Positions 25,901 to 34,544 of a DNA stretch of 64,000 nucleotides are shown here, piece after piece. Both the position numbers and the translations under genes were made by a program. Positions within the stretch are counted from its first letter, which is position 1; every line of letters starts with the position of its first letter. The notes under the pieces are model-generated. The model was not told where the DNA came from. It searched no databases and saw nothing but the letters and a program-made list of their open reading frames with translations. Source of the stretch: an uncultured virus (IMG/VR IMGVR_UViG_3300025732_000038) (taxonomy: Duplodnaviria > Heunggongvirae > Uroviricota > Caudoviricetes); the IMG/VR virus record IMGVR_UViG_3300025732_000038. One strand, 5' to 3'.

Positions 25901-28349
25901 TCATGACCACATCCGCAACCATCTGCGGATTCATGTTCATAACTTCGCGTTCAGTGATATCGCCAGTGATGTTGGCGTTCTTCCACCAAGTGCTATTGGC
26001 TGCACCTTCACGTTCAATACGAATGCGTCCACCACGAGCCTTGAAATCCTGCAGGAGCATCTCCTGCTTCTTGGGCGTCCACTCGCCAGCATCACCACCA
26101 CGATTGCCACGCTTCAAGGTATCGCGAATGAGATTGAACAACTCTTTATCTTCGGCAGCGGGAATAGCACCACCAGCAATCAGGAGTTCGCGGCCACCCT
26201 CAACGCGGGTTTCGGGTGACAAACCGCCACGAACCGCTGAACCCAACTTCTCATATCCCGGCACGTCCTTGCCAGCAATAATGTTGTCAAGGTTGCGCTC
26301 AATGACATCACCGTACTCATATAGCAACTGTTCGCGCGCATTGAGTGCGTCCAGTTCCTTCTGCAAATTCCGCAGACGCCCCGTTGTGTACGCGCTACCC
26401 CAATCAAGGTTATCGATTTCGGATGTGAGAGATTCCACCTGGCTGACAACAGCATCCAACTGCTCCTCAAGAGCAGTCACAATAGCGGGAGGATTCTCAT
26501 CATAAAGCGCATTCAGAACGCCACGCTGAACGGCAAGATTATCGTACGCTTCTGAGAGTGCTTTCTTCGCAGAGTACACTGCTTCACGCGCCTCGCGTGA
26601 TTCACGCAACACAGAACGAGCGCCAGCATTCACTTGCTCCAGCCGTGATGCGGGTGATTCTTCGGCCTTCTTCAACAACTTTTCAACACGGCTAACAACA
26701 TCATTGACAAGTTCGGACGCCTTCTTAGAGGCGGCAGAACGAGCCTTGGTCGTTTCGGTAACCTTCTTGCGAGAAGCCTTCCAAATATCTTCGTCAATAT
26801 AAAGACGCTCGTTCATACGCTTGAACACGCCCTTATCAACCAGATACTTCTTGCGGGCCACAATGCCCATCTGGTCGGCATACTGGTCCACGTATCGGCT
26901 AAGAACGGTAGTCAAGTCAGTCTCAAAGAAGTTGAAATCAATGTCACCATACTGACGGGCAATCTCATTCAGCCTATCGACACCACCATCAAGGTCTTCG
27001 GCAGTAAGTTTGTAGCCGAAGAAATCGCTTCCCTCAACCATGCGATGATTGAATGAACCAGCGGGGTCAAGCGGATTCCATACTTGTTCACGGATACCAG
27101 ACAAACGCGCATCGGCCACATCGCCCATCATGCGATTGGCCTTGTCGGTCAGCATGTGTGGGAAATACTTGTCCACCTGACCAAGCGGTGCTTCAGTATC
27201 GAACTTATCCAGTTCATCGCGGACAGACTGCCACTTGCCCTGCAGCCAACCCTGAACGTCGCGAGCAATCTGCATTTCAATACTGTCATCGGCAGCGGCC
27301 TCCACAACCGTGCCACGCTCAAGAATATTGCGCACCTTCTGCGATGCATCACGCAAAGTAGAAACGCCATACTTGTCAAGCACTTGCTTGACTTCGCCAG
27401 CCGCCGCACGTCCAGCGGCGCCGGCGCTCTCAAGTTGCTTATTGCGCGAGAGAACCATATACAGGTATTCACCCACGGTCTCATCCGATGTGGTGCCACG
27501 AAGCAGCGCCTTACGCGCCGCCTTCGCATCAAGAGGATTGAACAGTTCATTAGCGCGCTTGAACATGTGGTCGCCAGACCACGTGCGCATCGTAGTGAAA
27601 CCCTTTTCAAACGCTTCACCAATACGACCAGTACCAGGCAAACGCTTGCCCATGAAATACAGACCAGCCCTATCTAGGCCAATCTTCTCAAATACATCAG
27701 CGTCCTTGATGGCAGACCGACCATAGCGAGCCACCCGAGAAGCCAGTCCCGTATCGCCAGTCTTTTCAAGCACACGCTTAGCCAACGTGATACGACCCTC
27801 GGCGCCCGCAACGCGGAGCGCCTTGGCGCCCTGAACCAAATTGCCAGCGTCATCAAGAACTGTCAACGCCTTGCTGGTACCAAGCGTCAACCATGTAGTC
27901 GGGTCCAACAGAATATCGCCAGCCAAGCCAAGCGCCCTGTTTGCCCACTTACCAAATCCACTATCACCAAACACATCACCAGCAAAAGTGCCAAAGCCAT
28001 ACGACTCGTCACTAACATTCTTGGTGAAATCATCCCACGACGCGCGTGTGTTCGGGTTGCCATCAACGGCATCGCGGAACTCTTCAACAGCACCAACAAC
28101 GGCGCGGCCAGGAATAGAAACAATGTTTCCAACTTCAGTCAAAGCCTTGCCAATGGGGCTGCCAAGAACATCCGAAACGACGCCCTTCCATCCCGTAGGC
28201 TCGGGTGGTTTCTGCATGCTGGGCACATTCGCAAATGCGTTCTTGAACACATCGCCACGTCGAATAACAGCAGGAGTCTTGGGCTTGGCCTTCGTTCCAG
28301 TTGTGTTCGTCTGCGTGAATGGGTTTAGGAGGTCGTCCCAATTAGCCAC
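19941..28349 (-). CDS. Giant internal virion / ejection protein (2802 aa)
   Basis: N-terminal GDILLDPTTW; C-terminal PGFVVRN...FDY...IPFWFWMSRN typical of large podoviral internal proteins; gene position. Confidence 0.8.
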   Translation of the reverse strand: MANWDDLLNPFTQTNTTGTKAKPKTPAVIRRGDVFKNAFANVPSMQKPPEPTGWKGVVSDVLGSPIGKALTEVGNIVSIPGRAVVGAVEEFRDAVDGNPNTRASWDDFTKNVSDESYGFGTFAGDVFGDSGFGKWANRALGLAGDILLDPTTWLTLGTSKALTVLDDAGNLVQGAKALRVAGAEGRITLAKRVLEKTGDTGLASRVARYGRSAIKDADVFEKIGLDRAGLYFMGKRLPGTGRIGEAFEKGFTTMRTWSGDHMFKRANELFNPLDAKAARKALLRGTTSDETVGEYLYMVLSRNKQLESAGAAGRAAAGEVKQVLDKYGVSTLRDASQKVRNILERGTVVEAAADDSIEMQIARDVQGWLQGKWQSVRDELDKFDTEAPLGQVDKYFPHMLTDKANRMMGDVADARLSGIREQVWNPLDPAGSFNHRMVEGSDFFGYKLTAEDLDGGVDRLNEIARQYGDIDFNFFETDLTTVLSRYVDQYADQMGIVARKKYLVDKGVFKRMNERLYIDEDIWKASRKKVTETTKARSAASKKASELVNDVVSRVEKLLKKAEESPASRLEQVNAGARSVLRESREAREAVYSAKKALSEAYDNLAVQRGVLNALYDENPPAIVTALEEQLDAVVSQVESLTSEIDNLDWGSAYTTGRLRNLQKELDALNAREQLLYEYGDVIERNLDNIIAGKDVPGYEKLGSAVRGGLSPETRVEGGRELLIAGGAIPAAEDKELFNLIRDTLKRGNRGGDAGEWTPKKQEMLLQDFKARGGRIRIEREGAANSTWWKNANITGDITEREVMNMNPQMVADVVMKASKGEATLHEMRVAALSIASSDTQHSREIWVKLFGDGSQEGAGIMADAARSELFFNTVNKLGRKKNRFLRLQSWTSNSAKVQDDIVAELSRYAAATKMLKMVFEKDVDAATPFTGEMLDAIIQQDDSFAPLRKAFEGILNDGEDDIVTRAWSQADNYSPQLGGYVIGRETSRQPINFTFGEFISSLQKIVDDVEDGAARHTFNFEVSEATKNLKQGANIPTERTFEVVLADYIGELGPMVDNDQPWEDVIKYIEDIVYGDPETRRLARQSQMGRLPVTGQGPSARRVQRVTTGPDMAVWTGGAPETRDVLDTIWGQIDEYKRELNSEEFSIFLDAKPAFNDGSSSISSVLVDVNGQKKNLTSLAADEAERKLANNLIEFWFRSEVTSRFDKTVELLQPFGLVPTQDYYRRIVNEVAKTHGENIGRQMDEISAVWNKLSSLSDNLNRSAGEYATDPRRLEKEIRAIADGHGEIIARFGGRVDASDLRDRWIRVGGARPANTGESGKIAKANRVLASSTATAEEKLQAREIINSSRSADVLELERNKIYESEIVPWFRSLYGRKPSNRIEASEALREMATVHKGYGKLSSDASFGEMKKWVNTVTRGLGDSLRNMRRNGGWLYEAANPFVDVRKLRIGSGGAPQDLPSLYSTALRVNSEKYQRLAAELAGEYKSADKASQAFAASIAPAAQAQTLTDALVSGKQADLFEVARSGNIPGQLAGIDVEEIERARVAYQKYVKMLQTPEYASATERLDLHELLNDLAGYDFVEDVKFPVRKPKLKVLRERMSAGEKVYELTSGGGQWKYKLASNPKEMFASGEKLYVRTSPYNKPAEYALVSSIDEAKKYGGKVFVGEFVGKPDTYKLVKNPSDLVQGRIYVVHTPTDFAPSAASVERMQKQIADMKSRAASLRKQADDIDNNAKGWYKSSIEGADVRDLDARRKAKAQFDADKERAFAMRSEADSLQRTASGYESNLRDSFEEVRPTAKNAALPDSYEYTPFTPEDVPGQQRFVRESGVGNDARYRQVSDAEVRMGVQDKYGGVLYKRRIKENPIIMTRAEYASLFVDPQDIAKQYDNMQWLIAQRQKRLAELKNRMWTLTGRGRDATKMAADVAKQPKLQKAIQDLSYEIDVINRELPELNKRLESLAPGVQESALQKAHSLQQLIKRGDIQKDELLEGLRGATAAQKIADTRRTTLQRLWSESEDSKVINEVNRYANSFQVGLANRVTSTSEELVRHSNNLRMKAQESWGVFSDANAPYGITESGVIRQEPVVGVAGARRRLSEVDEEIRGRLENLTKATQNQLDALERFDTLTNGGLSPTQAIERIVEEVSALNPSDVAYVRASELASIAARRAELRAEVDFFWSQRFAIAKELWTGKNAAAGLDLKRTRQMLVDNAEKLRAELDKYRPDWDKSQAELIDWAQYKATDAERRLLKAELEYTRASVRFDQARTQRMRLESWHKSVAAPLRQERDSIVGALDTITKRLEGKEGGDFRVAEVLNWLEEYDDTLYSALSPDDFSAIMRLKTDLLASQKTLLDADIAKDWSKIMFDAIENTQWGAIIEREASKGWENLAKHGGLPSYQARAEIAQMVQNFSRMREPEFVRSLNRFLGGYTGFFKAYATASPGFVVRNSISNTFALVAAGASPRRMSEGLGIFREWREALKTNSVEKWLAGMSEAKRVKVQTAISVMDASGYGKAGEAFALFKPNRRWLVENKYIKTFRNANEVAENSARFMLAWDSVVKGGDFDMSVARVRRHLFDYQNVSSADMVLRTIIPFWFWMSRNLPLQLTNQWLNPRAYNIYNNVMKNIGGNEEEDPTLPIWMREGGAVRLGGDFFFNPDVGVSRVSSDLQALADPMRLMSDVNPAIRLPFELVGGRKLYNDTPFSSRAREAVGGPLSPAVQMLANLLGQSKMTPDGQQGVTDKFNFAARSLIPVLGQAERLLPESDYGKEQALSSRLAWLGIPIREVTQAQRDAELRRQQREAM

Positions 28350-29614
28350 TACTGCATGCCTCCAGCAATCATATTAGACATCGATTCGATTTCAGCATCC
28401 GACAAAACACGCGGACCGGCACTGCGGCCACCGCCACGAGAAAGCGACTGCGAGATAAGAGGCGCCATTGCTGCCATCTGCAAACCAGGAACGGAAGTGT
28501 TCTGACGCGCCTGCTGCAAAGCAAGGTCGCGTCGACGTTCAAGACTCGCCTGTTCGTTCTTTGCCTGCTGCATCTGCTTGGACTTGGTTTCTTGCGATGC
28601 GCGACCAGCGTATGACGCAGCAAGTTTCGCCCAATAGTCAGCAATTTCAAGTTCCCTCTTGGAAGGCTTTGGTTGCGACGTAGCGGGTGTACCACGGGTA
28701 GATGCAAAGTTGTCCACCTTCTTTGTGGAACCCTTAGAAGCATTGGTATTTGTGGTTGCACCAGTACCTCGCATGGAGGCAAAATTGTCGCCCGTCTTTG
28801 TGGCGCCCTTGGAGGCATTGGTGTTCGTCACGGCACCCGTCCCGCGCATGGAAGCAAAGTTATCTGGCTGAGTCTTGCTCTTCTTCTTCTCTATCGCAGA
28901 AGAAACAAAATCCTTCTTCGTCTTTGCGTACACATCTTCGGCAGTTGCTTGCGATTCCTTATTGGTCTGCTTGGCAAGACGTTCAATGCCAACAGCAGAA
29001 GTATCAATCTGCTGTTGCAACGCTTCAGCCTGCGACAAATAAGCAGCGTCAGGAATAGCGCGCCACAAATCGGGATTAGCCTGATACTGGTCAAGGCCGA
29101 TGCCACGCAAACGCTGGAAGCCTGTATTCCAATCAACGGGAGCGAGAATGTTTCCATTCTCATCCTCTTGGTAAATGCCCAAAGATTTCTTCGCCTCAAT
29201 ATCCTGGGCATTGCTCCAAGCCTTGGAAAATGAATCAAGATTTGACTTCAAATAAGTCAACTGATTCATTTCGTTGTCATCCAAAGACCCATAGGAATCT
29301 GCGTACTTCTTTGAAAGGGCAGCAAGAACTCTGTCAGAAGACATGCCCTGCTTGATAAGCGAGTATCCCTCGCTTAGAACATCGTCACCAGTTCTGTATG
29401 CGTCATTCTCAAATGTCTGCCAATCCGCAGTGGAAATATCAATCGGCTCGTAAAGCAGATTCTGAATACTGCTATACAACTGGTCGCCAGAAATAATTCC
29501 ATTCGCATAAAGAAACGATGGATTGCCAAGAAGCGAAGAGGTGGTATCGTAACTCTTTACTCCAGTGGACGAATCCAAATAGTCTGCAAGTGTTTGAACA
29601 CCATAGTCGCTCAT
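28349..29614 (-). CDS. Putative internal virion protein with 25-aa repeats
   Basis: Position before the giant gene; DNFASMRGT repeats. Confidence 0.65.
   Translation of the reverse strand: MSDYGVQTLADYLDSSTGVKSYDTTSSLLGNPSFLYANGIISGDQLYSSIQNLLYEPIDISTADWQTFENDAYRTGDDVLSEGYSLIKQGMSSDRVLAALSKKYADSYGSLDDNEMNQLTYLKSNLDSFSKAWSNAQDIEAKKSLGIYQEDENGNILAPVDWNTGFQRLRGIGLDQYQANPDLWRAIPDAAYLSQAEALQQQIDTSAVGIERLAKQTNKESQATAEDVYAKTKKDFVSSAIEKKKSKTQPDNFASMRGTGAVTNTNASKGATKTGDNFASMRGTGATTNTNASKGSTKKVDNFASTRGTPATSQPKPSKRELEIADYWAKLAASYAGRASQETKSKQMQQAKNEQASLERRRDLALQQARQNTSVPGLQMAAMAPLISQSLSRGGGRSAGPRVLSDAEIESMSNMIAGGMQ
28688..28864 (-). repeat. 75-nt in-frame tandem repeat (~2.4 copies)
   Basis: DNF codons begin at 28864, 28789 and 28714 on the minus strand. 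Confidence 0.8.
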
Positions 29615-30522
29615 TACACGCCACTCCACTTATTAGTATTCAACTTCGCAAGCGCCGACTCAATCAACTTCAAGATTGATTCAGGCGCAACATTCTGACC
29701 TTGAAAAATGCTGCCAATCTGAGAAGTGATAGCATTGCGCATATTCAGTTCATTCTGAAGATTCTGCTGCTGCAAACCAGTGATGTCACCGATACGCGCC
29801 TTCTCCAAAGCCAACTGCAACATCAACTGGTTGTTCGCCAAATCTTGGCGAGCACCAGTTTCAATCAAACCAATATCGGCCAGACGCGAAGCGTTGGCCT
29901 GCTGCTGCGATGTGGACATAACATCGATAGCATTCTGCATCGCCCGTGTGTACGCATCACCCTGCGCTTGCGACAACGCAACCTGTTCCGCGGCCATTGT
30001 TGGAGAAATGCCGGCTGCAGCGGCATACTCCGCAATCGGATTAGCGGCCACGGTCGGGGCTTGGGCAACTAGATTTGCGTAAGCGTTAGCAGTATTGTAG
30101 GGACTGGCCTGCATGCGAGCCACAGACTCATCGATGCTTTTTCCGCTTTGACCAACAGTGGCAAGCAACGCCTTCAGTGCATCGTCATAATATTTCTTGA
30201 GTGCATCCGTGTTGAGGGTCGTCTTCTTTTCTTTATCACTGCCGCTACCGCCGCCACCGCCACTAGCGGATGGCGTGGTGCCAGTCATCTTGCCAAGACC
30301 TTCCCAGTCAACCTTGTCAAGCGCGCTTCTGCGCTCACTGTCACTCATCTCGTCCCACGTCTTATCGCGTCGACCGGCACCCGTGGTGCGGTTGCTGGCA
30401 GGTTGATAGACGTTGCCTGTAGCAAGATTAGCGGACGTACGATTCCAAGGTTCAGCAGCCTTTGCTCTCGCCCTTGCCGCAGCGTTTGCTGCGCCCTCAC
30501 TAGCATCTGCACTACGACCCAT
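29614..30522 (-). CDS. Putative internal virion protein (Ala/Gln-rich)
   Basis: Composition and position. Confidence 0.65.
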   Translation of the reverse strand: MGRSADASEGAANAAARARAKAAEPWNRTSANLATGNVYQPASNRTTGAGRRDKTWDEMSDSERRSALDKVDWEGLGKMTGTTPSASGGGGGSGSDKEKKTTLNTDALKKYYDDALKALLATVGQSGKSIDESVARMQASPYNTANAYANLVAQAPTVAANPIAEYAAAAGISPTMAAEQVALSQAQGDAYTRAMQNAIDVMSTSQQQANASRLADIGLIETGARQDLANNQLMLQLALEKARIGDITGLQQQNLQNELNMRNAITSQIGSIFQGQNVAPESILKLIESALAKLNTNKWSGV

Positions 30523-30524
30523 AA

Positions 30525-30959
30525 CTAACTCCCCAAGAAAGGACGCACACTATTGAGACTGATGGCGGCTTCAAGGATGCGTCGTTCCTTTTCCCGCTCC
30601 AACTCCTGCAACAAATTGTCATACTCCGCCTGAGCGGCAGTATCCTGAAGGTCCAACTGCTGGATGTCTTGCGTCATCTGGTCAAGCACATCCTGCTTCT
30701 GGCGCGCCCAACCAGCGCCATACTCGCCAACACCACGAGTACGGATACCGCTATTACGCAAACCGCGAGCACCATACTGCGCTGCCAGTTTGCCCAAGCC
30801 CTTGGTTCCCTGAACGTCAATGTCCATGGCCTGACGGTTGCCTCGCTGCTGGGAAAGGAAGCGGGCGTACGAGTTCATGGCCAAACTGGCGTCCCGCTTC
30901 TGCTGAGCGGGTCGCCTCTGGGATTCGTACCACAGTCCGATATCGGTCAAATTAGCCAT
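30525..30959 (-). CDS. Putative internal virion protein
   Basis: ARGLRNSGI motif, Gln-rich coiled coil. Confidence 0.65.
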   Translation of the reverse strand: MANLTDIGLWYESQRRPAQQKRDASLAMNSYARFLSQQRGNRQAMDIDVQGTKGLGKLAAQYGARGLRNSGIRTRGVGEYGAGWARQKQDVLDQMTQDIQQLDLQDTAAQAEYDNLLQELEREKERRILEAAISLNSVRPFLGS

Positions 30960-30981
30960 CACATATAGCCTTTATCGTTCC
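30960..30981 (-). promoter_or_regulatory. Putative late promoter, GGAACGA-N15-ATG variant
   Basis: GGAACGA TAAAGGCTATATGTG ATG. Confidence 0.55.
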
Positions 30982-31343
30982 CCAGTTTGGGGTACAAAAT
31001 GGATACAAATGTCCACGTTGTGGCTTGCCCTGTCCTGTCCAGACTTGGTGAGGAAATGGACATCTATGGTCGTGTCGGTCATCTCATGGAAATGGAATGG
31101 ACCCATGTCGTGGGCCGATGTATCTACATAGTGTTCTGTGGCGGTCGCCACAAGCGGGTCGAAGCCACATCCGTGGGTAATGACGAGCCGACCGTTCGCA
31201 TCCGTAGTACCCGTATAGCGACCCCAGAAGCCGATGTGGCGCTTGAAGTATTCGTTCAGATTGGTCAGGATGGTACGGGTCAGCCGCCCGTCATCCCCTG
31301 TCAAGAACTGCGCACCAGGGGCGGTCCAGAGTTTGCGAGCCAT
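30972..31343 (-). CDS. Small tail-associated protein
   Basis: Coupled to the tail tubular B gene. Confidence 0.6.
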   Translation of the reverse strand: MARKLWTAPGAQFLTGDDGRLTRTILTNLNEYFKRHIGFWGRYTGTTDANGRLVITHGCGFDPLVATATEHYVDTSAHDMGPFHFHEMTDTTIDVHFLTKSGQDRASHNVDICIHFVPQTGER

Positions 31344-32992
31344 CAGGTACGCACCCGCCTCGGGTTGTACTTGTAGGTAATCGCATTGACCCCCCAGGGC
31401 TTCCCTGCGTCCCCCGAAATCTTCAACTGGACACTATTGGCCAAACCCAGATTGTGGCCCTTTACGAGGTCGCTACCGAGGTCGGATTGGCCGAACGAGC
31501 CATATCCGCCCTCAACATACTCGCCATCCAAATCGACCGTGAATGTCCGAGCGGACACGGCAGTATTCCAGTCGTGATAGACGCTGACAGGAAGGGAGAT
31601 TGTTTCGCCCAATTGGCGTACAACCATCTCTGGTCGGCGCCAGAACTTGCGAGCATTCACGCTCTGGGCATCCTGCCACTTGGTCACATAGTAGGAGTCA
31701 AAGTTGTAGACAGTCCCATTGATGGTGTCGTAGTGTTCGGTAATCTGGTTGATTCGCAAGATGCGAGCATGGTAGGGATGAAGTGCAACAGGAACACGAG
31801 AGCCATCACTCTGAAGAAAAGTCGTGCCATGCGCGATGCCATAGTTGTCGCCAGTCTTGTATCTAGTCCATGCCCCACCCTCACGAATGGCGGGGTCCCA
31901 AACGAAAGTTACGGTTGGCTTAGTTGCCTTTGTTGCGCCACCATAAGAAATGGTGGACGCATCGTACGTTCCACCAGCAACCTCATACGTATCCTGAGTC
32001 AACGGAGTAGCCCCCAATGGGACAGAGAACATGAGTGCCCTGTCAACCCATGATAGGTACATGCCCGTCAAGGAGTTCTCGTTGATAAGATTCTCGTCAA
32101 TGATTGGATGAATGGGCTGCGAGATGTTCGTGAATCCAGAACCGTTGTAAGCGAATACGCCATCGGGCCACGAGAAGAAGAACAACGCCTGTTCGGATTT
32201 GACGACACACTGGGGATTGGCTGCACCAATCTCTGTAGTCAATGGCACAAGTTGGAACGACTCTTCGTCGTACCCGCTAAGGGCGAACACTGCCCGGGGT
32301 TTGAAGATTAGCAGTTGGTCGCCAAAAGGAACAATGCCAGTAATCCCAGAACCACCGTCAACAACATCGATGTAATCATTCTCTCTCCACGATTCGGGAA
32401 AGCCGGGATGAGACCAGCGGATACGGTTTGGATAACTAGTCGAATTTTCTTTAGTGTACGCAACCCACATTCTGTCAATGTGTGTCGTACACAACTCCGC
32501 CTTGGGCATGTGCGTTCCAGTGGGCGACGCAAACGAATCCTGCCATGCGGCTGGGCCGCTGGCGGTCAAAGTTGTGGTGGTCGTACCATCAAACTTCTTG
32601 GGCGCATACGACGCGCCACAAGCAATATAAACATACGAAGTAGACGAAGAAGACCACGGTGCAAACGAAGCACCATAGGTGTTGTCTGTCGTTGCGATAG
32701 ACGAAGACACAGAACCAGATGTGGTGTGGTATACCTTGTCGTTGGCCGCTATCATCAGATAGCGACTCGGGCCATCCCAAGCAAACAGTCGGCGTGGAGT
32801 AAACGAGCCAGAAGCAATGCTGCCAATTGCTGTCGTATTGTAATCCTTCATCCCCCAACGCGACGAGAACCCACCACGTGGGTCGATGTCGACGTTCAAT
32901 AGGTCGGGCGATTCATTGTCGGCCAACTTGAACGCATCAGCACGATAGTTCAAGCCACCCGTAAAATCGTTGACAAGGATTGATTCAATCAT
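31343..32992 (-). CDS. Tail tubular protein B / nozzle (beta-propeller)
   Basis: DFTGGLN...NESPDLLNVD, RIRWS, ITGI...LLIFK; podoviral synteny. Confidence 0.8.
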   Translation of the reverse strand: MIESILVNDFTGGLNYRADAFKLADNESPDLLNVDIDPRGGFSSRWGMKDYNTTAIGSIASGSFTPRRLFAWDGPSRYLMIAANDKVYHTTSGSVSSSIATTDNTYGASFAPWSSSSTSYVYIACGASYAPKKFDGTTTTTLTASGPAAWQDSFASPTGTHMPKAELCTTHIDRMWVAYTKENSTSYPNRIRWSHPGFPESWRENDYIDVVDGGSGITGIVPFGDQLLIFKPRAVFALSGYDEESFQLVPLTTEIGAANPQCVVKSEQALFFFSWPDGVFAYNGSGFTNISQPIHPIIDENLINENSLTGMYLSWVDRALMFSVPLGATPLTQDTYEVAGGTYDASTISYGGATKATKPTVTFVWDPAIREGGAWTRYKTGDNYGIAHGTTFLQSDGSRVPVALHPYHARILRINQITEHYDTINGTVYNFDSYYVTKWQDAQSVNARKFWRRPEMVVRQLGETISLPVSVYHDWNTAVSARTFTVDLDGEYVEGGYGSFGQSDLGSDLVKGHNLGLANSVQLKISGDAGKPWGVNAITYKYNPRRVRT

Positions 32993-33672
32993 CAGTAGTA
33001 AACTGGATACTGGAATCCGCTCGATGTTTCGTGGAAACGAGAACCGCTGAGAATCATCGGCCTATGAGAAGAAGGACGGAAGATATCGCCAACCACAAGG
33101 CGAATAGCCTCATCAAACGAGCGACGATAGAATGTCGACAATTCGACATCTTCCTGCAACTGATACACCTGAGCAATCGCATAATAAACCAACGCCTGAT
33201 GCAACCTGCTGTCAGCGTCAACCTCCGTAGTTGTGTTCGCCATCCAATCAATCGGCTTGCGCCAGCCACGCAGAGACAGCGTGTACACGGCATTGGGGCG
33301 AGGCCACAAATGAATCTTCTGTTCCCAGAACGAGAAGTGCAATGGGCGCCCAGCCGTATCGGACTGGGCATTCCACACGGACTCACCATCTTCATGGGCA
33401 ATCAACGTGAGACGGTTGCCTCCAAGAGTGGTGTCAACCACAGACGCAATCTCAAGAACGTCGCCTGTCCCAATGGACGAGATTGTGTAACTTCCTTGGT
33501 CCGCTGTGGTTGACAGAGAGAAAGTCTTTTCAAAGAAAGGCCAGCGGCGCTGAACAGCAATCAGCCGTTCGTAGCCATCCTTGATGTACATGTCCAGCAG
33601 GTCGTTGGACAGGTCAACTGTATCCATGTCGACGACCGCTCGGACTTTAGCCCGAATATCAGCCAGATTCAC
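32992..33672 (-). CDS. Tail tubular protein A / head-tail adaptor
   Basis: WPF, LWPRP, HQALVYYA; position. Confidence 0.75.
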   Translation of the reverse strand: MNLADIRAKVRAVVDMDTVDLSNDLLDMYIKDGYERLIAVQRRWPFFEKTFSLSTTADQGSYTISSIGTGDVLEIASVVDTTLGGNRLTLIAHEDGESVWNAQSDTAGRPLHFSFWEQKIHLWPRPNAVYTLSLRGWRKPIDWMANTTTEVDADSRLHQALVYYAIAQVYQLQEDVELSTFYRRSFDEAIRLVVGDIFRPSSHRPMILSGSRFHETSSGFQYPVYY

Positions 33673-33895
33673 GTGCGTCCTCCTGAGCCTTAGCCAAAGC
33701 CCTCAGGTGACCAATGCAGTACGGCGTGCCTTTAGCACGCGCGCCCTGACATGTCTCCTCATTGGCTGCGCAGCGGGTGTGTCCAACGTACGGCATCCCG
33801 CCAGCGGGTGCTGGACGGGCATCTGCCGTAGCGTAGGGTCGCGAACCGCGCATAGCGGATTCGCCGTATAAAGAATAAGAAGGTACTCCAGCCAT
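33659..33895 (-). CDS. Small Cys/His-containing hypothetical protein
   Basis: RC...TC...YCIGH; late-promoter motif upstream. Confidence 0.65.
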   Translation of the reverse strand: MAGVPSYSLYGESAMRGSRPYATADARPAPAGGMPYVGHTRCAANEETCQGARAKGTPYCIGHLRALAKAQEDARESG

Positions 33896-33917
33896 CACTA
33901 GATGGCGGAATCGTTAC
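33896..33917 (-). promoter_or_regulatory. Putative late promoter GTAACGA-N15-ATG
   Basis: GTAACGA TTCCGCCATCTAGTG ATG. Confidence 0.6.
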
Positions 33918-34150
33918 TTCTTGATATAGACGGGGCGGGTCGAAGCCTTCTTCTTTGCGGCAGGCTTCGGACGTGCTGCTCCAGGCATCTGCGTAATGCC
34001 ACCGAAAGTGGGCGGCTTAGGTCCACGCACTGGTTGAATTGTCTTCATCCCAGGAACTACCTTGGGCTTGGGAACGGGAGGCCTGCTGCCCCCACGCGGA
34101 CCAGTAGGGGGAACGGGAGTCGGGGGCTTCTTTCCACGAGGAGCAGCCAT
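33914..34150 (-). CDS. Pro/Lys-rich basic protein
   Basis: MAAPRGKKPP...; start re-assigned to 34150. Confidence 0.6.
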   Translation of the reverse strand: MAAPRGKKPPTPVPPTGPRGGSRPPVPKPKVVPGMKTIQPVRGPKPPTFGGITQMPGAARPKPAAKKKASTRPVYIKK

Positions 34151-34151
34151 A

Positions 34152-34433
34152 TCAGTACCCCTTGCTTCCCGAACGAGGCGAACGCTTGGCGGTCGGCTTC
34201 GTAGCAACCTTACCAGAACGCTTCGGTCCTTCAGCGCCCTTCTGGGCGGCAGCAGCACCAGCAACACGAGCCTTGGTCTTGGCGTCACGCATCATGCGAC
34301 CGACACCAGTCCAATCCACATTCTTCAATGCCTTGCGAACACCAGCATCAAGATAACTCTTATTGCTGGACTTTGCCCCACCACCACCAGCGGGCGGCTT
34401 GGCGCTAGGGGCTGACTTTTTCTTGGCGGCCAT
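34152..34433 (-). CDS. Lys/Ala-rich basic protein
   Basis: AAGGA SD; MAAKKKS. Confidence 0.65.
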   Translation of the reverse strand: MAAKKKSAPSAKPPAGGGGAKSSNKSYLDAGVRKALKNVDWTGVGRMMRDAKTKARVAGAAAAQKGAEGPKRSGKVATKPTAKRSPRSGSKGY

Positions 34434-34497
34434 TGCGATTCCTTCCTATTGACCTACAACTATCGTTGTGTTCGTTACCACACTTATATACGGATAG

Positions 34498-34523
34498 CAG
34501 AAAGCCCACCCCGAAGGGTGGGC
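34498..34523 (-). terminator. Intrinsic terminator after the major capsid gene
   Basis: GCCCACCC-TTCG-GGGTGGGC-TTTCTG on the minus strand. Confidence 0.8.
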
Positions 34524-34544
34524 CATCCACTTTGACAGAAAGAC

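Noticed and set aside
19941..28349. Giant protein as an N4-like virion RNA polymerase using the palindromes as hairpin promoters
   Set aside because: No RNA polymerase catalytic motifs recognised and the middle is poorly conserved between copies; cannot be fully excluded without structure prediction
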